From: an uncultured Victivallales bacterium
GTDB taxonomy: Bacteria; Verrucomicrobiota; Kiritimatiellia; UBA8416; CAYOBW01
Reading direction: 5' to 3'
Assembly: GCA_964555035.1 (NCBI GenBank)
Contig: CAZKRK010000002.1
Span: 1,968-65,967, forward strand
Length of the DNA: 64,000 bases
The stretch's first letter is position 1, and each line of letters begins with the position of its first letter. Shown here piece by piece: positions 36,994 to 46,400 of this stretch. The translations under genes were made by a program, and so were the position numbers. The notes beneath the pieces are model-generated. The model was not told where the DNA came from, searched no databases, and saw only the letters and a list, made by a program, of their open reading frames with translations.

Positions 36994-39900
36994 TTACTCC
37001 GGCAACGAGACCTCAACGCGATAGAATCGCTGAAGTGAATCGTTGCTGTCGATCATCATGTCGTTTGTGCCGGTCCCCAGCCGCGGCCCCTGTCCCGGCA
37101 CGTTGTCCCAGTTGGTCTGCATCAGGTCATCGATAGACTGCATCACATACACGCGCTCCGTGCTGGAATCGAAGGTGACGGCCATGGAGTTGGTCCTTCG
37201 TAGATCGGTCAGCCGGAAATATGAGTTGGAGTCGGTCGGATCCGTGTCGGTAATGTACTCCTGCAGATCGGTGTGCGGGTCCGCGTCGGAGAAGGTGGTT
37301 TCGTTTGCGTTGGTCAAACCACTCCAGTACCTCAATTCCCACGCATCGAGAATTCCGTCTCCATCGGTGTCGCCAGCATCGACCGTTCCGGCCTGCCGGA
37401 CCTCGAGTTCAATGGCTCCCTCACCATCAATCTTCATTCCCAAGCCATTGTTGGCGGTCAAAGTTGCCTGCTTCAGGAAGAACCCATGATTCACAGCGCC
37501 GCTAATCCAGTTGCTGACAATGACCGTCACATCCACGCTGAAATTGGTGCCGGTGGTCGGTGCCCCCGAAGTCCTGATGGGTCCGGCATTGATCGTAGCG
37601 GTCGTCGCCGGCCCGAACGGATCGGCCGCCGTTGCCCAGTCCTCGGTCAGGCGAAGCACCTCCAAATCCGTATTGTACGATCCTCCGCCTTTATCATTCA
37701 AGGAGTATCCACGAAAAGAGAGCGTGGCGCCGGTAACCTGCCTTTCGCCGAGAGATGCTAAGTCGAACTTTACATAAGCTCTCACCCTTTTGTCCAGATC
37801 GCTGCCGTTGCCGCGCGTGTACAGCGTTGTTGTGAACTCGGCAGGATCACTGCCGCCAACATCGAACTTGTCGATGTTGTTGGAGTCATCGCCGGGGATA
37901 TCGCCGTGGCCGTCAACTGTATTAAACGCAGGCGACGTGAGAACCGTCGTGGTTCCCGTGGAGACGACGGCCTCACCCGTCACCTGATTGGTCCAGTCGG
38001 AATAGCCCGAGAAACTGCCGCCGAATTCGGCGTTTGTCGCGCCAACGCGGTAGAAAAAACGTGCGGATTGCACACCGGTGTAATGGGTCCAGTTCGTCGA
38101 TGCCGTCTCTTGATGCCCGGTTACGGCCGAACCCTCCTGGTAGTACTCCACCACGAATCCCGTCCCGTTGTCGTCCCAATCCACCCACTCCAGAGCGATA
38201 TCCGTGCCGTTTGACAAAATACCGCTGATAGCCGGGATCTGAGTCACCGAAAGATCGGTTACCACTCTGGTCGCCATCGATGTGTCGCTTCCGTCCACCT
38301 CATTGGTGGCTGTAAACCGGAACCAATACTCCGTATCAGCCACGAGCCCCGTAAGCCATGCGGTGACTATTCCGCCCGTGGTATCGGGTAGCGACGAGTT
38401 CGTGAACGCCCAACCACCAGTGGGAGCATTCGTCGTGTCCCACTCCAATGTTACGGTCGTATTCGACCCCGAAGGCACTTCCAACGTGGCGTAAACTTGC
38501 GCATTGGTGGTCGTCACCGTCTCGTTCGATACCCCCGCATCCGACCAGCCAGACACCGTCGGCGCCACGTATACCGTGTCACTATTGACCGCATCAATCC
38601 ATGTTTCCAGTTCGAGCTGGAGCCGTGCCGCCACCTCTGGCTCCGACGCGGCGATGTTGGTTGTCTCCTTGACGTCGGCAAGCAGGTCGTAGAGCTCGTA
38701 CGAACTCCCCCCGTTCTTACTGATCAGCTTGTATTGCTGTGTCACCCACGAGCGGTCATTACCAAACCGGAATCCGATCGGACTCAACCGAGAGGAACTG
38801 AACGTCTCGTTGGTGATGAGCGGCATCAGGCTGACTCCGTCGATCGGCTTCTGGTTCGTGACGCTCAGATCCAGAGCATCGATAATCGTGGGGTAGTAGT
38901 CGCTCGTCACGCAGGGATAATCGGTAGTCCGTGCGATAGGCACCTTCGCCGGCCACTCCAGCAAGCCCGGCACACGCACCCCCCCCTCATGCAGACTGCG
39001 TTTTCTCGCGCGCAAGCCCCCGGACTTGCCAGGCCCGTTCTCAGGCCCGTTATCGCTGCAGAACCACAGCATCGTGTTGGTGCGTACACCCAGGCTGTCG
39101 AGTTCCGTTCGCAATCGTCCGATTTGCGTATCCATACCCTGAATCGCATCCGTATAGGCATCGGGGGAGTCCGCGCCCGACACCTGTTCCGGATCCATCA
39201 CCGGGCGGTGCGGCGTGTGGAACCAGACCACCGCGAAGAATGGCTGGTTGCTTGCTACGGCATTCTGGATAAACGGGACAACGCGGTCCATCATCACCCT
39301 CGAATCGTCCCCGCTCATGTTGTTGGTAACGGCCACGGCTACCCCTTCACCCGTGCTGTTGGTCCAGGTAGCGGGATCAAGCGGCGGCGTCCAATAGTGT
39401 GTCCCATAGAAATTGGTGTCTGCAAAATCAACCGGCTCCGGTAACCCGTTTTGATCCATGCGCATCGGGTGGTAGGTGGGCACCTTCGCCTCGGTAGCAA
39501 AGCAGGTGTCGTATTGGTGATGCCAGGGCGGCGAGTAGTGGGCCGTCAAGCCGGGCTCACCACGGTTGGAGTCATTTCTTAGCGTCGTCAGCGTGCCGAG
39601 ATGCCACTTTCCGAAGTGAGCACATTGGTAGCCCGCATTGTCCAGGACTTCAGAAAGCGGGGTTTCGTCTCGCCCAAGGTGGCCCGCATTCGCGTTCTCA
39701 ACACCCACCCGAAACGGGTTGCGTCCGGTCAGGCAGCTCGCGCGTGTCGGGGAACAGACGGCACAGGCAGCATAGAAGCGGTCAAAGCGCAGCCCGCTCG
39801 ATGCCATGCTGTCAAGACTCGGTGTGTTGATCCAGCCATCGTTGTAGCTCGGATCGCCCCAGCCCATGTCATCCGCCATCATCAGAATGATGTTGGGATG

Positions 39901-40011
39901 GTTGGTTGCCGCCTGAGCAGCAAAGGGAACACAACACACCGACAGGAGCATTACAGGAAGCAACCACCTCGCCGCACAATATGATCTTTGCGTCCAAATC
40001 CACATAAACAT
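36994..40011 (-). CDS. Large secreted S1 sulfatase (about 1005 aa) with C-terminal fn3-like domains, an unknown beta domain and the conserved C-terminal domain
   Basis: Track ORF 36994..40074. The probable start is MFMWIWTQRSYCAARWLLPVMLLSVCCVPFAAQA (signal peptide) at 40011. Sulfatase block: PNIILMMADDMGWGD, CAVCSPTRASCLTG, GKWHLG. The C-terminal fn3-like stretch (TVTLEWDTTNAPTGGWAFTNSSLP...GFVVEYYQEGSAVTGH) is shared with 26774-31312. C-terminus: DGDGILDAWELRYWSGLTNANETTFSDADPHTDLQEYITDTDPTDSNSYFRLTDL...QRFYRVEVSLPE. Confidence 0.8.
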   Translation of the reverse strand: MFMWIWTQRSYCAARWLLPVMLLSVCCVPFAAQAATNHPNIILMMADDMGWGDPSYNDGWINTPSLDSMASSGLRFDRFYAACAVCSPTRASCLTGRNPFRVGVENANAGHLGRDETPLSEVLDNAGYQCAHFGKWHLGTLTTLRNDSNRGEPGLTAHYSPPWHHQYDTCFATEAKVPTYHPMRMDQNGLPEPVDFADTNFYGTHYWTPPLDPATWTNSTGEGVAVAVTNNMSGDDSRVMMDRVVPFIQNAVASNQPFFAVVWFHTPHRPVMDPEQVSGADSPDAYTDAIQGMDTQIGRLRTELDSLGVRTNTMLWFCSDNGPENGPGKSGGLRARKRSLHEGGVRVPGLLEWPAKVPIARTTDYPCVTSDYYPTIIDALDLSVTNQKPIDGVSLMPLITNETFSSSRLSPIGFRFGNDRSWVTQQYKLISKNGGSSYELYDLLADVKETTNIAASEPEVAARLQLELETWIDAVNSDTVYVAPTVSGWSDAGVSNETVTTTNAQVYATLEVPSGSNTTVTLEWDTTNAPTGGWAFTNSSLPDTTGGIVTAWLTGLVADTEYWFRFTATNEVDGSDTSMATRVVTDLSVTQIPAISGILSNGTDIALEWVDWDDNGTGFVVEYYQEGSAVTGHQETASTNWTHYTGVQSARFFYRVGATNAEFGGSFSGYSDWTNQVTGEAVVSTGTTTVLTSPAFNTVDGHGDIPGDDSNNIDKFDVGGSDPAEFTTTLYTRGNGSDLDKRVRAYVKFDLASLGERQVTGATLSFRGYSLNDKGGGSYNTDLEVLRLTEDWATAADPFGPATTATINAGPIRTSGAPTTGTNFSVDVTVIVSNWISGAVNHGFFLKQATLTANNGLGMKIDGEGAIELEVRQAGTVDAGDTDGDGILDAWELRYWSGLTNANETTFSDADPHTDLQEYITDTDPTDSNSYFRLTDLRRTNSMAVTFDSSTERVYVMQSIDDLMQTNWDNVPGQGPRLGTGTNDMMIDSNDSLQRFYRVEVSLPE

Positions 40012-40120
40012 GTTTCGAATTGCTCGTACTTGATATGCTATTCTGTGCTTCACCTTTCCCGTCCTGTTAATCATCTTTTCTCAGCGAATCATTACTTCAC
40101 CCAAACTTCCGCACAAACCA

Positions 40121-43100
40121 TCATGGGCGTTGGGGAGCGTTGGCCTTGATTCGATAAAACGCCTTCCTCTGCAATGAAGAATTGAGAAGTACGCGGGTCG
40201 TGTTTGTGTCCAGTGTGCCTCCTATGTGAGATCGGACAGTGCTCCACATTGCCGAAACAAGATTGGTCGAGCGCTCAATGTCGTAAAGGAAGCACTCGCT
40301 AGACTCGAAGCCGATGCCAAAGGCTTCACCGTTTGGGTCGGTTACCAACTCCGTGACCTGAAACGATCTGGGGTCAGGCACATCCCACAGGGGTTGAAGC
40401 TCACCAAGAGCCAGAAAGCCATCGGTGATGCTAAACTCGTCGATAAGGCCGTCGAAAGCACTGTCGATAACGCCCGAACCATTGAAATGCGCCCCAATAA
40501 CCAGCGGGCCATCGTTAGCCGTACCGGTGGACGTCGTGGAGTGCGTCTCCGCCCTGTCGTTGAGGGTGAAACGTACCGTGTTCGAGACGGAGTCCAAGGC
40601 GACACTGATATGGTGCCAGCCGGTGTCGTCGATCGAAAGAGTGGAGATCACGACCGCCGAACCGAGGTGTAGCGCAAGATTGCCGTAGGTCGTCGCATCA
40701 CCATAATTACCTGCTGCCGCCAGGAACATGTAATCCAGGTCAGTATCGACGCCACCGATAACGTTCTTTGTCGCAACCGGCATGCAACTGGCGGCGTTGG
40801 GGCCCGTGGGCAGCGTCTCACACTTCACCCAAGCCTCAATCGTGAATGGAGCGTTGCCGAAGTCGAGCTCACGCGCATCCGAAACCTGCACGTAGTTCTG
40901 ATCATCTCTCTCAAAATCGAGTGAAAGTGCATTGGTCTCACCCACGACGAAGTCGGACGTCGCGGGCACGTCGGAAGAAAAGACCGGCAGCGTACCGCCA
41001 TTACCGCTGTTCGCGCTGCCGTCGTTGCCGAACGGGAAGCGATCGACCAGAGTTTCAGCAACCCCGCCGACGACACCGTCCTCGAAACGCAGCAGAGTAC
41101 GGTCACCGAGAAATGCATATGGATCGCCATTATCGACTCGCTCCTGCATGAGGATTTCTTCCAGGTGCTGGCGCACGAGGGCGTAGGCGGGCCAATTGGC
41201 AAGGTTGGGAGCGCCATGCTCGGGCAGGAGTTCAAAGGGATTCTCATGCAAATCGAATAGCTGCGTGACCTGGGTTGCGTCGGCACCGACGTCATACTTG
41301 ATCATTTTGAAGCGCCCGTCGGTGACGGCACGCATACCCGGCTTGCTACCGCCGGAGTAAAAGCCGTAGAGATGATCACGGTGGGTTGCACCGGGGTTTT
41401 CAAGCACAGCCCCAAAGCTGCGCCCGTCGTTGCCGTCAATGGTGGCAGGGAGATCCAGACCTACGAGATCACAGAACGTGGGAAATGTATCATGGAGGTA
41501 AATCAGTGCATCGGTTTCGGTCCCGGGAGCGATACCGGGGCCGCGCACGACATATGGTACGCGCCAAGTGTGTTCGTAGAGATTCTGCTTACCCTGGAGA
41601 CCGTGGCGGCCGATCGCGATCCCGTGGTCCGTAGTGAAAACGATGTAGGTGTTGTCAAGGACGCTGTCGTCCTGGTTGCCGTCACCATCGGGGTCATCCA
41701 ATCTCGCAAGGACGCGGCCGATCTGTCGGTCAATCCAGTCCACGCAGGCAAAATGGCGCCCGACTTCATTGCGAATCACCGCCTCGGTGCGATACTTACC
41801 GACCCCGCTGACGCTTCGCTCGTCACGGACATTGAGGTGGCCGTGGTCGAACGGGTGCGCTGGATAGGTCAACGGCGTGCACGAAAGGTGGCTGAGAGGT
41901 AGCGGGGGGGCATCAGGATCGAGCACCAGGCTGTCCGGACTGGTGGTATTGATGCAATGGTAGCGGCCGGCCAGGTCCGGGCTGGTTCGGGCGCTCCGTG
42001 TGTCATGCGGGTGGGAGAAACCGAGATAGATCAGGAACGGCTTATTGCCCGGACGATGATTGGCCTGCCAGTGGTCGATGTAATCGATGCCGTGATCAGC
42101 GTGCCACTCGCTGCCATGGCCATCAGTGTTCCCGCGCTTGGTGACATCGTTCCTGATGTTGAACTCGTCGTTCGCGGTGTCATAGGTGTTTGCGTACTTG
42201 CAGGTACGATACGTGGCGTACGGAATATCGTTCGTTCCGCTGCGCACCCCACGATTGAAGATGCCGGGAAAAGTCACCGCTCCGGTCACGCCTTCGGTAC
42301 GTTGCCAACTGTTCTTGCCGCTCATAATGCAGGTGCGTGACGGCGCGCAGACCCCCGCTTTAGTAGAACCCATCAGGCGCATCTGATGAAAAAGCATGCC
42401 CTCATCAGCAAGCCGGTCGATGTTAGGCGTGTCCACAACATACGGGTTGCCCGCGGCATCCGTTTCGGAAGGTTCAGTGCGACGATACGCGCCAACTGAG
42501 TAGGTGTCCTGGTCGTCGGTGATGATAAACAGGAAATTGGGCGGCGCGACGGCTGGATACGGCACGGCAGACACCTCGCTACTGACAGCGGACTCCGCAC
42601 TGTCCACGTTAACGGCAGACAGCACGTAGTAGTAAGAAACACCGTTTGTGAGACCGGTGTCGGTATGGGTGCTCGCTGTCGGGGTCGCAATCTCGCTGTA
42701 CGGGCCGCCGGCAGTTACGGATCGCCACACGATGAAATTCGAAAACCCGTATTGGGTATTGTCATTCCAGTCCAAAACAACGGCTTGATTGACTGGTGTC
42801 GCAATAAGATTACTGGGCACATCGGGAGGCTCCACCGATCCCAGCTTGGTTACCAGAATCGCATTGAAATGCACGTTGCCGAAACCATTGACGGCATGGG
42901 TCAGCAACTGAGTACTGCCGGAGGCCGTAAACGAGCCAACAGAAAACTCTCCCCAACCGCTACCATCCGACATGATGTCAACATTGCCGGGAGAAGCCTC
43001 CCCGTCACCGTACGTCATAACGCGACCGCTGGTGCTGCTACGCTGATCGTTGTAGAAGACCTGAATCAGGTAGTTTGTGCCTGTCGTCAGCCCGCCAATA

Positions 43101-43468
43101 GACTGCGTGCCGATGGTGATCCCCGACTTGCTGTCCGAAATAGACTTGAGAATGGTATCGAAGCCGACATCTCCCGTACTGGGAGCCCCCTCGGAAATAT
43201 TGGCCATTGTGCGATTGCCGGGAGACGGCGTAAAGATCAGATCCCGGTAGTTCACCCCGGTAAAGGTATAGGTATGCACACCGCCGGCGCCACCGCCGGT
43301 AATCGTAGCGCCATTGCCACCGCTGACAGCAACAATCACAGCACCCTCGATCAGATCGGCCTTGCCCGTTGTGGCCGTTGGTGTCCCCCAGGTGATGGGA
43401 GCGGCGGCCACCGAGAAGGGAAGAAGTGTTCCTGCTATCACAGTGCCTAGAGTTATCTTTCGTTTCAT
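40121..43468 (-). CDS. Large secreted protein (1115 aa): N-terminal unknown 'ITW' beta domain + fn3 + S1 sulfatase + LamG/concanavalin-A-like domain + divergent C-terminal beta-sandwich
   Basis: Signal peptide MKRKITLGTVIAGTLLPFSVAAA. Sulfatase block: PNFLFIITDDQDTYS, AGVCAPSRTCIMSG. LamG-like block: NALSLDFERDDQNYVQV...FTIEAWVK. C-terminus: ...FESSECFLYDIERSTNLVSAMWSTVRSHIGGTLDTNTTRVLLNSSLQRKAFYRIKANAPQRP. Confidence 0.75.
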   Translation of the reverse strand: MKRKITLGTVIAGTLLPFSVAAAPITWGTPTATTGKADLIEGAVIVAVSGGNGATITGGGAGGVHTYTFTGVNYRDLIFTPSPGNRTMANISEGAPSTGDVGFDTILKSISDSKSGITIGTQSIGGLTTGTNYLIQVFYNDQRSSTSGRVMTYGDGEASPGNVDIMSDGSGWGEFSVGSFTASGSTQLLTHAVNGFGNVHFNAILVTKLGSVEPPDVPSNLIATPVNQAVVLDWNDNTQYGFSNFIVWRSVTAGGPYSEIATPTASTHTDTGLTNGVSYYYVLSAVNVDSAESAVSSEVSAVPYPAVAPPNFLFIITDDQDTYSVGAYRRTEPSETDAAGNPYVVDTPNIDRLADEGMLFHQMRLMGSTKAGVCAPSRTCIMSGKNSWQRTEGVTGAVTFPGIFNRGVRSGTNDIPYATYRTCKYANTYDTANDEFNIRNDVTKRGNTDGHGSEWHADHGIDYIDHWQANHRPGNKPFLIYLGFSHPHDTRSARTSPDLAGRYHCINTTSPDSLVLDPDAPPLPLSHLSCTPLTYPAHPFDHGHLNVRDERSVSGVGKYRTEAVIRNEVGRHFACVDWIDRQIGRVLARLDDPDGDGNQDDSVLDNTYIVFTTDHGIAIGRHGLQGKQNLYEHTWRVPYVVRGPGIAPGTETDALIYLHDTFPTFCDLVGLDLPATIDGNDGRSFGAVLENPGATHRDHLYGFYSGGSKPGMRAVTDGRFKMIKYDVGADATQVTQLFDLHENPFELLPEHGAPNLANWPAYALVRQHLEEILMQERVDNGDPYAFLGDRTLLRFEDGVVGGVAETLVDRFPFGNDGSANSGNGGTLPVFSSDVPATSDFVVGETNALSLDFERDDQNYVQVSDARELDFGNAPFTIEAWVKCETLPTGPNAASCMPVATKNVIGGVDTDLDYMFLAAAGNYGDATTYGNLALHLGSAVVISTLSIDDTGWHHISVALDSVSNTVRFTLNDRAETHSTTSTGTANDGPLVIGAHFNGSGVIDSAFDGLIDEFSITDGFLALGELQPLWDVPDPRSFQVTELVTDPNGEAFGIGFESSECFLYDIERSTNLVSAMWSTVRSHIGGTLDTNTTRVLLNSSLQRKAFYRIKANAPQRP

Positions 43469-43485
43469 GTCGGTCTCTATGATGC

Positions 43486-46400
43486 TTACGGCCGTTCAAC
43501 CTCAAGCCGATAGTACCGCTGGGGAACGGCGTTGGTGTCGGTCATTGTGTCGTTCGGTCCCAGGCCGAAACGCTGCTCCTGGCCCGGCACGTTGCTCCAA
43601 ACCGAACCCTGTAGATCGTCGATGAACCGCATTCTGTACAACCGACCGCTGCTCGAATCGAAACAGACACGCACACCGTTCGTGTACCCTATGCTCTTGA
43701 TACGGAAGTACGATGCTGCATTGGTCGGATCGGTATCCGCGATGAACTCTTGCAGATCGGTGTGCGGGTCCGTGTCTGAAGATGTTGTCTCGTCCGCATT
43801 TGTCACGCTGTTCCAATGCTCCATCTCCCATGCATCGAGAATCCCGTCACCGTCGGAGTCCGGCAACAGCTCATCGGCGCCGATATCGGGCGCCATGCCC
43901 ATGATCCGTGTCTCGCCATCCATATCGTGAGCACCGTTATCGCCGCGGCTACGGCCGGCGTCTCGGGCGCCCGACGACGCCTGGAGATGGCCGTTCGTGG
44001 CCGACACTAACAGCGGGTCCACATCGTACGTCCCGTTCGTCTCGTGATTCCGATTCCGCCACCAGCTCCACGCATAGCCCTCGTTGCTGCCCCAACGGAA
44101 GGACGGGCCACCGTGCGTCGCATCATCGCAGTAGTACCAGTTGTAGTCGAACCGGGTGTTCGCCGGCGTGCTGCCGCTGCCGCCCGAACCGCCGACATAC
44201 ACGGCATCGCCGCCTTCGTTCTTGAGCGCGACTATCAGGTTGTTCTCGAACTCGCAGTCCGAGATGTGCCACTGCAGGCATATCTCGCCGGTGTAGTCCT
44301 TTGCCGTGTCGTTGTGGTAGAGCGTGTTGCCGATGAAGGTGCAGTACTGCGCATTACCCCGGCCACTGTCGTATCCACCAAGGAAGATGCCGCCGGTGTA
44401 ATTGCGGCAGATGAGGTTGTTCCGGACCGTGATGTAGGACGCGTACTTGCCACTGTGTTCGGAAGCCACTTCCAGCCCGATATCGCAATCGTGGATCGTA
44501 TTGCGCTCGATGACGATCTGCTTGCCGCCATCGACATAAATGCCGCCCGCGGAACGGTCGTAGCTGCCCCCATCCCGGTAGGCAGGATTGCCCGTGGTGT
44601 TGATATTGTAGACCAGGTTATCGGTACAGATCCCGTTCCTGGCCTGGTCGAGCGCTCCATCGGAGCAGGTGCCCTCGTGGCCGATGAAGTCGATGCCGAT
44701 GTTGTCGTTATCATGCACCGTACAACCGGTCACTTCGAAGCCGTCGATATTGCCGTTGAGCACGAGCGCTTCCGACGAACCGAGCTTGCAGTCGTGGATC
44801 TCGACGTTTCGGACCACCAGGTTGGTGATCGGATTCGAGGCGTGGTCGCCATAGACCCCGACGCCATGTGCATCGGCTCCAGTAACATAGCTGCCGCCGC
44901 CGTCGTAGTTGGACTCAATGCGGTGGATCTTCAGATTCCTCAGTCGTATAAACGAAGAGTCACCGTTGATGTACACGCCCATCGGCACCCTCCACCGCGT
45001 GGCGGTAATGAAATCGCGAATCTCCAACCCGTCCAGGGTGATGTAGTCCTGGCTGTTGAACGTGATCAGACCGTCCGTATCGCCGACGGTAATCCCCGTC
45101 CCGTCGATAACGGGAGTCTCGCCCGCATAGTTGGTAACGGTGATGTAGCCCCCGGCAGCCGACCCGGACCGGTACAGTGTAACCCGCTCGTTATAGACCC
45201 CGCCGCGGATGTAAAGCGTATCGCCGGCCATCACGTTGCTCACGCCATACTGAACAGTTGCCCACGGCGTGGCCAGCGAACCATCCCAGGTATTGTTGCC
45301 GTTGGTGGCCACGTAGTACCCCGTGGCACGCACTGTCGCCGCGCCCGTCAGTGGGATGTCCTTCGGGTTGTTGCTCGAGTCGTCGGACCAGATCGACAGT
45401 ATCGCCGCATGCGTCGCCGCATGGGTGGGTGCGTACTGAACCGTGATATTCGTCGATCCGCCCACAGCAACTGCACCGGTGCCGCTCAAGACGCTGTATT
45501 CGTTGGTGAACGCATCAAACGTGAAGTTCGTGATGTTCAACACCGCATCGCCCGAGTTCGTCACCATCACGCTCAGGTTGCTGGTCGAGCCGACCGTGTT
45601 CGTCCCGAAGTCCAGCGAGGAAGGCGTCACTCCGATGTGCGGAGCGCGTACCGGCGCGAAGGTAGCCACGACCGTCCGCGCCTGGTCCATGGTCAGATCA
45701 AGCGGGCTATCGTTCGTGTTGGCTGGCGGCACGTCGCCCATCCAGCCTGCGAACAGGTAGCCGCCATCCGGCGTAGCCGTGATCCCGGTCGCCGCTACCC
45801 CGTTGGTATACCAGCCGTTCACCACTCCGCCGTTCACCGACCCGTTCGCACCCGCGGACACCGCCAGCTCGTACTCGTTGGTCCACTGCCACGTCAGCGT
45901 GGAGTCGGCCGTGATGGTGAAGGTCGTGCTGTTGGCGGTCCCACTGGCCGGCGTGCTGCCCGTGCCCGCCCAGCCCGTGCAGGCCCAGCGCTGCCCGGCG
46001 GCCTCGTCGGCCGGTGTCGCCACGCTGTTGGTGACACTCGCTCCGTAGTCGTTGGTATGCACGCCCACCGTCGGATTCGGCGAACCGTGTGCCGATACAA
46101 TCTCCAGCGTATTGGACGCGAGCGGCGCGGGTGGGCCCGTTCGGAGTTGGAAGTCGAAGCCGCCGCCTCCCCTGCCGCTTCCCGCAGTTACCTCGGTAAG
46201 CAGGGATTGGAGGTTGGTGAACACCAGGCCGGGAAAGTACGCTCCGGATCCTCCAGTAGAGAACCCCTGTCCGCCGACGGTACCGGCGGACTGCTTGAAA
46301 AGATGGAAGTCGGCTCCGGTGAAACCGAGGAACTCACCGGTCCGGTCGGTGGCGGCGGCACCGTTCAGACCGAAGGTCACCGTGGGCACCGTCAGCGTCA

